64,000 bases of DNA from positions 67,790 through 131,789 of the forward strand of contig CAXHJY010000021.1 in NCBI GenBank assembly GCA_964016885.1, read 5' to 3'. Under the pieces are notes generated by a model that was not told where the DNA came from, did not search any database, and worked only from the letters and a program-made list of their open reading frames with translations. Positions within the stretch are counted from its first letter, which is position 1. Every line of letters begins with the position of its first letter. Origin of the DNA: Eledone cirrhosa. Taxonomy: Eukaryota. A program made the position numbers and the translations under genes. Below are positions 26,964 to 40,308 of the stretch, piece by piece.

Positions 26964-29500
26964 CCATTCGTCAACACCTAGTTTTCTCAGAGCCCGCGAG
27001 ATAATGGAACGGGGGACTCTGTCGAAGGCTTTCTCCAAGTCAACAAAAGCTAAGTATAGGGGTTTACTTTTAGCTAGGTACTTCTCCTGTAGTTGTCGTA
27101 CAATGAAAAGAGCGTCTGTGGTACTTTTGCCTGACACAAAATCGAACTGCATTTCATCTAGATCAATTCTCTCTCTGATTAGTTGCGCTATAACTTTTTC
27201 CGTGACCTTCATGACCTGGTCGATTAATTTAATGCCTCTATAGTTACTCCTATCTAGGGCATCTCCTTTACCCTTGTAACAGTTTATGATGATGCTGCTA
27301 CGCCAGTCCTTCGGGGAAAAAACCCATTCTGTATGATTTGGTTTACTATCCGGGTGACCATAGTGTGTCCCACCGTTCCAGAGGCTTTCAGCATCTCAGC
27401 AACTATTTCCGAAGGCCCAGCCGCCTTACCCATCTTCATATCTTTGATTGCCTTACTTATTATACTACCTTCGACTAACACTGCCGGTCCCTCTATTGGG
27501 TCGATGTGGGGGAGACTGTCTTTCTCCCATTTGTTCTCATTTAGAAGCCTTTCGTAGTGACACTTCCAAGCTACCTTCTTATCAGCGCCAGTGATGGCAA
27601 GTATGCCATCATCATTAAGTACACACTTCTCCCCGACAATATCACGGTTTTCCTTGACACATTGCCTAACAATCCTGAACACCTCACGTTGTAGAACATG
27701 CTTGAACTTTCTTTCCGCTGCTTCCCTTCTTGCGCAGTACACTTGTCTCCTAGCTTCCCTCCTGGCCACTTGATAGTCTTCTCTACTTCCCCCATCCCGC
27801 CATACTTTCCAAGCCTGCTTTTTGGCCTTAATTGACTCCTCCACCTTACTGTTCCACCACCATGTTACTCTCCTCCTGCCTACAGGCCTGCTCCAGCCAT
27901 AGACTTCGTCTGCTGCCGTCAGCAGGTTTGCTTTCAGGAATTCCCACTGTTCCTCTATATTATCTGACTCTAATTGCTCTTCCTTACTGCCGAAAGCATC
28001 AAGTAACATGCTTTGAAATTTATTTCTGGCTGTGGGGTCCTTTAGCTTCCATATTTTTCTCCTGAGGATAGTCCTCTTCTGTTGTCTAGTACGTCTCGTC
28101 CTGACTATGAGGTCACTAATTAGCAGTCAATGTTGGGAGGTGCATTCTTCATGGGGGAGGGATTTAGTGTTTACCACAGACACTCTGTCACGTCTTCTGG
28201 TAAGGATATAATCTACCTGGCTTGTGTGTTCCCCGGATCTATAGGTGATCAGGTGATTGTCTCGTTTTTTGAAGTTAGTGTTACAGATAGTTAGGTCATT
28301 TGCATCACAGAATTCCAGGATTCTGGAGCCTTCCTCATTTCTAGTACCAAACCCATAGCCTCCGTGGATTCCGTCATAGCCGTCACAATGTTGACCAACG
28401 TGGCCATTTAGGTCGCCAGCAATAATTATATAGTCACTGTCGGTTATTTGGGAGCTAGTGAGCATCAGTGTCTCATAGAATCTGTCTTTCATAGCACCAG
28501 GCAGTCCGGATTGGGGCGCGTATGCAGATATTACTGTCACATTTAGAACAAGTCTTATTTTAATTATTCTGTCATTTACTCTATTTACATCTATTATCTT
28601 ATCCACCCATTTTTCTGCTAACATGATTCCTACCTCACCTATCCCATTGTCATTTCCCACCCAGAAGAGCTTATAGCAATGTTTTTTACCCACAATGAAT
28701 CTAGCAGACCCGCCCCTCCACCTGGTCTCTTGGATACAGCAAACATCAACCTCCTTACGTTCAAGCATTTCTACAACCTCGTGAGAGCGGCCTTTTAAGG
28801 TGCCTACATTTATGGTACCAACTCTGAAGTTTTGGATTGTGTTTGGAGGATGGGGCGCAGGGATGGGTGAGGGGGTTGGGGTTATGTTGGCCATACGCGG
28901 CCGAAACAAAGAGGAGGGGAACTTGCCCTTTCGTCCGGCAGCATGAGGTGAATTGGTCGTTATCTTTGGCATTGTCATCGAGTGTCCAGATTCTTCAGAC
29001 TCTCCAGAAATTCCTTAGTCCAGCCATCATATCGGAAAGCAGCCCGAGGTGATAGCATAGGCTGTTGACTTGTGATTGGTCCAAATAATAAGGTGGAGAG
29101 TGGGGGCGGGAGGGAGGGTATGGGATAGTTAGCAAAGTGAGGTAGTTAAAAATACAAGAAGATTATTTAGAAACAACCAGACAGAATTATAGAATAGCAT
29201 TGAGAGAGAGCAAAGATTGGATTTTGGGCGATATACGGATATATGAATGAATGGACCGATAGCAAAGAGAAGATTATTTAGAACAATATGAATGAATGAA
29301 CCGATAGGCTGGGGAGAGATAAGAAAAATGGCATTTACATTATACTTCGCAGGGACGAGGTCTCACCATTTTTGAGCGTTGACAAATTCTGAGATTCGTA
29401 CCTCGCTACAGGTTTATTTATATTTGGAGAGAAAAGGGAGTGATTGAAAGGGTGAGCTAGCCAGCGCGTAACACGCTATAGTGGGGACTATAGCGTGTTA
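26963..29500 (-). mobile_element. RTE family A2, 5' half (5' UTR, APE, N-terminal RT), frameshifted, 3'-truncated at the DEW motif
   Basis: ORFs 28127-28978, 27284-28009 and 26949-27212 are highly similar to 21254-24508. Confidence 0.9.
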
Positions 29501-29651
29501 TATATATAAATGTCTATATATATATATATAAATAAATATATATAAATATATATAAATATATAAATATATATAAATATATATATAAATATATAAATATATA
29601 TAAATATATATATGAAATATAAGAATCAAAGAACTGTTCAAAACATTATTG

Positions 29652-29698
29652 TGCTTACAGCTGTTTCCTCCAAACCGAGGTTTGGATTCTTCGGAGCA
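29652..29698 (-). ncRNA. Variant-core minimal hammerhead (CCGAAGA) in an approximately 135-bp island (29613-29750)
   Basis: tgct CCGAAGA a-tccaaacc tc ggtttgga-g GAAAC agct GTA agca. Perfect 8-bp stem II and palindromic stem III ACAGCTGT. Confidence 0.6.
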
Positions 29699-29951
29699 AT
29701 TTATTAATGCATGGACAGTTATATGACCTCCTTTTCAGCCGAGAGACATATAAATATATATATAAATATATAAATATATATAAATATATATATAAATATA
29801 TAAATATATATATAAATATATATATAAATATATATATAAATATATATATAAATATATAAATATATAAATATATATATAAATATATAAATATATATATAAA
29901 TATATATATAAATATATATATAAATATATATATAAATATATATATATAAAT

Positions 29952-29982
<31 letters not shown>

Positions 29983-30031
29983 AATATATATATATATAAA
30001 TATATATATATATAAATATATATATATATAA

Positions 30032-30062
<31 letters not shown>

Positions 30063-30234
30063 AATATATATATAAATATATATATAAATATATATATATA
30101 AATATATATATAAATATATATATAAATATATATATAAATATATATATAAATATATATATAAATATATATATAAATATATATATAAATATATATATATATA
30201 AATATATATATAAATATATATATATATAAATATG

Positions 30235-31325
<1,091 letters not shown>

Positions 31326-31353
31326 TATATAAATATATCTATAAATATATATA

Positions 31354-31385
<32 letters not shown>

Positions 31386-31400
31386 AATATATATATATAA

Positions 31401-31441
<41 letters not shown>

Positions 31442-31717
31442 TATATATATATAAATATATATAAATATATATAAATATATATATATATAAATATATATAA
31501 ATATATATATATATAAATATATATATACATAAATATATATAAATATATATATATATAAATATATATATACATATATAAATATATATAAATATATATATAT
31601 ATAGATATATATAAATATATATATATAAATATATATAAATATATATATATAAATAAATATATATAAATATATATATATAAATATATATATATAAATATAT
31701 ATATATAAATATATATA

Positions 31718-31781
<64 letters not shown>

Positions 31782-31817
31782 AATATATATAAATATATAT
31801 ATATATAAATATATATA

Positions 31818-31855
<38 letters not shown>

Positions 31856-32163
31856 AATATATATATATATAAATATATATAAATATATATATATATAAAT
31901 ATATATAAATATATATATATATAAATATAAATATAAATTTATATAAATATATATAAATATATAAATATATATAAATATATATAAATATATATAAATATAA
32001 ATATATATAAATATATATATATATAATATATAAATATAAATTTATATAAATATATATAAATATATAAATATAAATTTATATAAATATATATAAATATATA
32101 AATATATATAAATATATATAAATATAAATATATATAAATATATATAAATATAAATAAATATAT

Positions 32164-32274
<111 letters not shown>

Positions 32275-32288
32275 AATATATATATATA

Positions 32289-32414
<126 letters not shown>

Positions 32415-32448
32415 AATATATATATATAAATATATATATATAAATATA

Positions 32449-32596
<148 letters not shown>

Positions 32597-32613
32597 AATA
32601 TATATATATAAAT

Positions 32614-32644
<31 letters not shown>

Positions 32645-32661
32645 AATATATATATAAATAT

Positions 32662-32694
<33 letters not shown>

Positions 32695-32711
32695 AATATA
32701 TATATAAATAT

Positions 32712-32744
<33 letters not shown>

Positions 32745-32786
32745 AATATATATATATATAAATATATATATATATAAATATATATA

Positions 32787-35700
32787 AGACAGATTCTACG
32801 AGACACTGATGCTCGCTACCTCCCAAATAACCCACAGTGACTATATAGTTATTGCAGGCGACCTAAATGGTCACGTTGGACAACATTGTGACGGCTATGA
32901 CGGAATCCATGGAGGTTATGGGTTCGGTACTAGAAATGAGGAAGGCTCCAGAATCCTGGAATTCTGCGACGCAAATAACTTAACTATCTGTAACACTAAC
33001 TTCAAAAAACGAGACATTCACTTGATCACCTATAGATCGGGGGAACACACAAGCCAGGTAGATTATATCCTTACCAGAAGACGTGACAGAGTGTCTGTTG
33101 TTAACACTAAATCCCACCCCCATGAAGAATTCACCTCCCAACATAGACTGATAATTAGCGACCTCATAGTCAGGACGAGACGTACTAGACAGCGGAAGAG
33201 GACTATCCTCAGGAGAAAAATATGGAAGCTAAAGGACCCCATAGCCAGAAATAAATTTCAAAGCATATTACTTGACGCTTTCGACAGTAAGGAAGAGCAA
33301 TTAGAGTCGTATAATATAGAGGAACAGTGGGAATTCCTGAGAGCAAACCTGCTGACGGCGGCAGACGAAGTCTGTGGCTGGAGCAGGCCTGTAGGTAGGA
33401 GGAGAGTAACATGGTGGTGGAACAGTAAGGTGGAGGAGTCAATTAAGGCCAAAAAGCAGGCTTGGAAAGTATGGCGGGATGGGGGAAGTAGAGAAGACTA
33501 TCAAGTGGCCAGGAGGGAAGCTAGGAGACAAGTGTACTTCGCAAGAAAGGAAGCAGAGGAAAGAAAGTTCAAGCATGTTCTACAACGTGAGGACCAAAAA
33601 CGTGAGGTGTTCAGGATTGCCAGGCAATGTGTCAAGGAAAACCGTGATATTGTCGGGGAGAAGTGTGTACTTAACGATGATGGCATACTTGCCATCTCCG
33701 ACGCTGATAAGAAGGTAGCTTGGAAGTGTCACTACGAAAGGCTTCTAAATGAGGAGAACAAATGGGAGAAAGACAGTCTCCCCCAGATCGATCCAATAGA
33801 GGGACCAGCAGTGTTAGTTGATGGTAGTATAATAAGTAAGGCAATCAAAGATATGAAGACGGGTAAGGCGGCTGGGCCTTCGGAAATAGTTGCTGAGATG
33901 CTGAAAGGATCTGGTTCGGTGGGACACACCATGGTCACCCGGATAGTTAACCAAGTCGTACAGAATGGGATTGTTCCGAAGGACTGGCGTAGCAGCATCA
34001 TCGTTAACTGCTATAAGGGAAAAGGAGATGCCCTAGATAGGAGTAACTATAGAGGCATTAAATTAATCGACCAGGTCATGAAGGTCACGGAAAAAGTAAT
34101 AGCGCAACTAATCAGAGAGAGAATTGATCTAGATGAAATGCAGTTCGGGTTTGTGTCAGGCAAAAGTACCACAGACGCTCTTTTCATTGTACGACAACTA
34201 CAGGAGAAGTACCTAGCTAAAAGTAAACCCCTATACTTAGCTTTCGTCGACTTGGAGAAAGCCTTCGACAGAGTCCCCCGTTCCATTATCTGGTGGTCTC
34301 TTAGAAAACTAGGTGTTGATGAATGGCTTGTGAGAGCTATACAAGCCATGTATAAAGAAACAGTCAGTAAGGTTAGAATTAACAACGAATATAGTGAAGA
34401 GTTTAGCGTAAAAGTTGGTGTTCATCTGGGCTCTGTTCTAAGCCCCCTACTATTTATTATTGCCCTTCAGGCTATAACAGAGGAGTTCAAGACCGGCTGC
34501 CCATGGGAACTCCTATACGCAGATGATCTAACGCTCATAGCTGAATCAATGACCGAACTAGAGAAGAAATTCCAAACATGGAAGCACGGCCTAGAATCAA
34601 AAGGCCTTAAAATTAACCTGGCTAAGACTAAAGTTCTAGTTTGTAGGAAAGAAAATAAGGCGGCGGTCCCATCTGGGAAATGGCCATGCTCAGTGTGTAG
34701 GAAAGGCGTAGGTAGAAACTCCATTTTATGTCCCAAATGCAAAGTATGGGTGCATAAAAGATGTAGTGGGATCACAGGTAAGCTAACTAAAAACATAGAT
34801 TTTACATGTGGCCGGTGCTCTGGTGCAATAAGTAGCAGCAAGTGCCCACAAAATACTAGCTCCTTCAACTGCGCAGAGGGTTCTATAGAAATAGTGGACA
34901 GCTTCCGTTATCTGGGTGGCAAAATCAGCAGTGGGGGAGGGTGCTCTGAAAGTACAGTAGCTAGAGTCAGAACTGGATGAAAAAAGTTCAGAGAGCTTAT
35001 AACACTATTAGCCGCTAGAGGGTTCTCCCTAAAAATGAAAGGCAGGTTATACGATGCCTGCATACAAACAGCAATGCTGCATGGCAGTGAGACCTGGGCA
35101 TTGTGTGCAGAGGATATACGCAGACTAGAGAGGAACGAAGCTTGCATGCTCCGCTGGATGTGCAATAGTAATATACGTGAACGGCAAAGCATAAACGAAC
35201 TAAGGAAAAAATTAGAAATAAGATGGATCAGATGTTGTTTACTCGAGAGAAGGCTACGTTGGTACGGTCACGTGATGCGCATGAAAGACAGCTGTATAAC
35301 AAAGTGCAGGGCAATAAAGATAGACGGTAGCCACGGAGTAGGCAGACCCAGAAAAACATGGGACGAGCTGATAAATTCCGACCTCACACACTTACACCTC
35401 TCCAAGACAATGTCACTGGACCGAGACCTTTGGCGGTACTCAGTAATAGAGAAGACCCGCCTTACCTAAATACAAAGTAAAAACCTACTACAGTCAGTAG
35501 GCATCTCTATCAAAACACACACCCGTCCCACCACCTCCACCCCACCCACACCGCCCCTTTCAATGTAAAGTTATATTGGTCCCACAACATCCAGGCCGAA
35601 ACAAATGAGATCGTCTAGGTTTCACGACAAAAAACACACAGTCCACGCTGTAAATGTGGCCGTGTAGGCAACACGGTAAAAACCTCCCAGCCCCACACTG

Positions 35701-35975
35701 TAAATGTGGTTGGTGTTAGGAAGGGCATCCAGCTGTAGAAAACCCGCCAGACAGTCCACGCTGTAATGTGGCCGTGTAGGCAACACGGTAAAAACCTCCC
35801 AGCCCCACACTGTAAATGTGGTTGGTGTTAGGAAGGGCATCCAACTGTAGAAAACCCGCCAGACAGTCCTATGCGAGCAAGACAACCACTCTTGCCTCAA
35901 GTGGGAAAACCCCCGTCCAAACCCATGCAAGCGTGGAACACGGACGCTAAACCTGATGATGATGATGATGATGAT
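32787..35975 (+). mobile_element. RTE family A2, 5'-truncated, with a premature stop at about 34978 and a duplicated 113-bp 3' UTR module
   Basis: ORFs 32809-34980 and 35035-35469, followed by a (GAT)n tail. Confidence 0.92.
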
Positions 35976-36043
35976 ATATAAATATATATAAATAAATATA
36001 TATATAAATAAATATATATATAAATATATATATATATATAAAT

Positions 36044-36130
<87 letters not shown>

Positions 36131-36149
36131 AATATATATATATATAAAT

Positions 36150-36202
<53 letters not shown>

Positions 36203-36241
36203 AATATATAAATATATATAAATATATATATATAAACATAT

Positions 36242-36618
36242 ATCATCATCATCATCATCATCACCGTTTTACGTCCGTTCTTCCACGCTGGCATGGGTTA
36301 GACGGGTTGTCCTGTTGTGGGCAGTGTCTGGTCGGCTGACCATGCCTTGCTCATACAGGAACTGATCTGGCTTGATTTCTACAGCTGGATGCCCTTCCTA
36401 ACACCAACCTCATTTACAGTGAGTGCTGGGTGCTTTTTCGTGGCGCCTACACGTCCACTTTACAGTGTGGGCTGGGTGCTTTTTTGCCGTGGCACCTCCA
36501 CGACCGCCTTGCGGTGGGGGGGGGGGGGGGCATATTGTTTATATGTTTCAGCATGTACCCATGGGGGGTCGGGTACCCTGTATTACTGTGTGACGCCAGA
36601 AGTCACGGTCGTGTGTCA
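36242..36618 (-). mobile_element. RTE family B 3' end (heavily 5'-truncated)
   Basis: Matches 44268-44637 and has a (GAT)n tail. Confidence 0.85.
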
Positions 36619-36635
36619 ATATATATATATATATA

Positions 36636-36799
<164 letters not shown>

Positions 36800-36802
36800 A
36801 AT

Positions 36803-36837
<35 letters not shown>

Positions 36838-37159
36838 AATATATATATATATAAATATATATATAAATATATATATATATAAATATATATATAAATATAT
36901 ATATATATAAATATATATATATATAAATATATATATAAATATATATATATATAAATATATATATATATAAATATATATATATATAAATATATATATATAT
37001 AAATATATATATATATAAATATATATATATAAATATATATATAAATATAAATATATATATAAATATAAATATATATAAATATAAATATATATAAATATAT
37101 ATATAAATATATATATATAAATATATATATATAAATATATATATAAATATAAATATATA

Positions 37160-37197
<38 letters not shown>

Positions 37198-37363
37198 AAT
37201 ATTTTATGTTGTTTATTACATAACTATTAAGCTCTGTTACCTACATAGAGCACTCTTTTTTCCTGGACTTTTCCGACGGAATTACTTCATAAATATATAT
37301 ATATATAATATATAAATAAATATAAATATATATAAATATATATGTATAATATATATATAAATA

Positions 37364-38894
37364 TCATCATCATCATCAACGTTTAACGTCCGTGTTCCAC
37401 GCTTGCATGGGTTTGGACGGGGGTAGTCCCACTTGAGGCAAGAGTGATTGTCTTGCTCGCATAGGACTGTCTGGCAGGTTTTCTACAGTTGGATGCCCTT
37501 CCTAACACCAACCACATTTACAGTGTGGGTCTGGGAGGTTTTTACCGTGTTGCCTACACGGCCACATTACAGCGTGGACTGTGTGTTTTTTTGTCGTGAC
37601 ACCTACACGATCTCATTTGTTTCGGCCTATGGCGCGGCACCAACATAACTTTACATAGAATGGGGTGGTGTGGATGGGGTGGGGCTGGTGGTGGTGGGAC
37701 GGGGTGTATTTTGTTAGAGATGCCTACTGGTTGGAGTAGGTTTTACTATATATTTAGGTAGGGCGGGTCTTCTCTGTTACTGAGTACCGCCAAAGGTCTC
37801 GGTCCAGTGACATTGTCTTGGAGAGGTGTAAGTGTGTGATGTCGGAGTTTATCAGCTCGTCCCAGGTTTTTCTAGGTCTGCCTATTCCGTGACTACCATC
37901 TATCTTTATTGCCCTGCACTTTGTTATACAGCTATCGACTTTCATGCGCATCACGTGTCCATACCAACGTAGACTTCTCTCGAGTAAACATCTGATCCCT
38001 CTTATCTCTAATTTTTTCCTTAGTTCGTTTATGCTTTGCCGTTCACGTATATTACTGTTACACATCCAGCGGAGCATGCAAGCTTCGTTCCTCTCTAGTC
38101 TGCGTATATCCTCTGCACACAATGCCCAGGTCTCACTGCCATGCAGCATTGCTGTTCGTATGCAGGCATCGTACAACCTGCCTTTCATTTTTAGGGAGAA
38201 CCCTTTAGCAGCTAATAGTGGTATAAGCTCTCTGAACTTTTTCCAACCAGTTCTGACTCTAGCTACAGTACTTTCAGAGTACCCTCCCCCACTGCTGATT
38301 TTATCGCCCAGGTAACGGAAGCTGACCACTATTTCTATAGAACCCTCTGCGCAATTGAAAGAGCTAGAATTTTGTGGGCACTTGCTGCTACTTATTGCAC
38401 CACAACACCGGCCACATGTAAAATCTATGTTCTTAGTTAGCTTACCTGTGATCCCACTACATCTTTTATGCACCCATACTTTGCATTTAGGACATAAAAT
38501 GGAGTTTCTACCTACGCCTTTCCTACACACCGAGCACGACCATTTCCCAGAAGGGACCGCCGCCTTGTTTTCTTTCCTACAAACTAGAACTTTGGTCTTA
38601 GCCAGGTTAATTTTAAGTCCTTTTGACTCTAGGCCGTGCTTCCATGTTTGGAATTTCTTCTCTAGCTCGGCCATTGATTCCGCTATGAGTGTCAGGTCGT
38701 CTGCGTATAGGAGTTCCCATGGGCAGCCTGTCTTGAACTCCTCTGTTATAGCCTGAAGGGCAATAATAAATAGTAGGGGGCTGAGAACAGAGCCCTGATG
38801 GACGCCAACTTTTACGCTAAACTCTTCACTATATTCGTTGTTAATTCTAACCTTGCTGACTGTTTCTTTATACATGGCTTGTATAGCCCTCACA
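37364..38894 (-). mobile_element. RTE family A1, 5'-truncated
   Basis: ORF 37754-38893 (RT C-terminal half with PHD). 3' UTR as in 20902-21253. Confidence 0.92.
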
Positions 38895-38980
38895 ATAAAT
38901 ATATATATATAAATAAATATAAATAAATATATATATATATAAATATATATAAATATATATATATATAAATATATATAAAT

Positions 38981-39073
<93 letters not shown>

Positions 39074-39079
39074 AATATA

Positions 39080-39280
39080 TATAACAGTTTTAATATAGAT
39101 GAGATTCTACAGGACTAGAACTGTTTCATTCATTAGAAATCATCAGGAATCACTGATGATTTCTAATGAATGAAACAGTTCTAGTCCTGTAGAATCTCAT
39201 CTATATTAAAACTGTTATACTCTGCTATGTATTGAGTACCTTACTTACTGTGGTTACCTCCGATTCAACCCGGAATAACG
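39080..39280. mobile_element. Mini fold-back PLE-like element (family D): 67-bp perfect inverted repeat plus 61-nt tail, with two 5'-truncated hammerhead cores
   Basis: Arms at 39080-39146 and 39153-39219. Each arm reads CTGATGA tttctaatgaat GAAAC agttcta GTC. The tail contains gtattgagtacc. Confidence 0.7.
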
Positions 39281-39304
39281 TATATAAATATATATAAACA
39301 TATA

Positions 39305-40226
39305 TCATCATCATCATCATCATCACCGTTTTACGTCCGTTCTTCCACGCTAGCATGGGTTAGACGGGTTGTCCTGTTGTGGGCAGTGTCTGGTCGGCTG
39401 ACCATGCCTTGCTCATACAGGAACTGATTTGGCTTGATTTCTACAGCTGGATGCGCTTCCTAACACCAACCTCATTTACAGTGTGGGCTGGACTTTTTTG
39501 CCGTGGCACCTCCACGACCACCTTGCAGTGGGAGGGTGTGGGGGCATATTGTCTATATGCTTCAGCTTGTACCCATGGGAGGTCGGGTACTCTGTATTAC
39601 TGCGTGATGCCAAAGGTCACGGTGGTGTGTCATCGCCTTTGAGAGGTGTAATTGGGTACGGTCAGCTTTTATCCCCTCATCCCAGGTCATCTTGGGTCTC
39701 CCCACTCCGCGGTTACCATCGACTTCTAGTGCTCTGCACCTTTTTATGCAGCTGTCATCCTTCATACGCATCACATGTCCATACCAACGCAACCACCTCT
39801 CATGCACACAGCATTTGATTCCTCTTATGCTCAGTCTCTCTCTCAATTCATTTATGCTTTGTCGTTCGCGTATATTCCTATTACACATCCATCGGAGCAT
39901 GCAGGCTTCATTTCTCTCTAATCTACCTACGTCTTCCACCTTCAGCGCCCAGGTCTCACTACCATATAACATTGCTGTTCGGATACACGCATCATACAGT
40001 CTGCCTTTCATTTTTAGGGAGAAGCCTTTTGTTATTGTACTTTCTGAACACCCACCTCCGCTGCTAATTCGGTCACCTAGGTAGCAGAAGCTGTCTACTG
40101 TCTCTACAGAGCCCTCCCAGAGATTGGTGGTACTTGTGTCCTGTGGCTGTTTGCTGCCCCAGTACAGCTGCTGCATGTGAAGCCTACATTCTTAATTAAG
40201 CTTCCTGAGATCCCGCTACATCTCTT
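39305..40226 (-). mobile_element. RTE family B, 5'-truncated, with an internal deletion
   Basis: ORF 39562-40176 lacks the [18 protein letters not shown] segment present in 44615-45496. Confidence 0.88.
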
Positions 40227-40233
40227 ATATATA

Positions 40234-40267
<34 letters not shown>

Positions 40268-40308
40268 GATATAAATATATATATATAAATATAAATATAT
40301 ATATATAT

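Noticed and set aside
34978-34980. In-frame TGA as possible selenocysteine or readthrough
   Set aside because: It corresponds to Trp (TGG) in all sibling copies, so it is a simple nonsense mutation.
37200-37290. 90-bp island as an independent feature
   Set aside because: Too short to classify and its orientation is ambiguous. It is used only as weak support for the tail motif.
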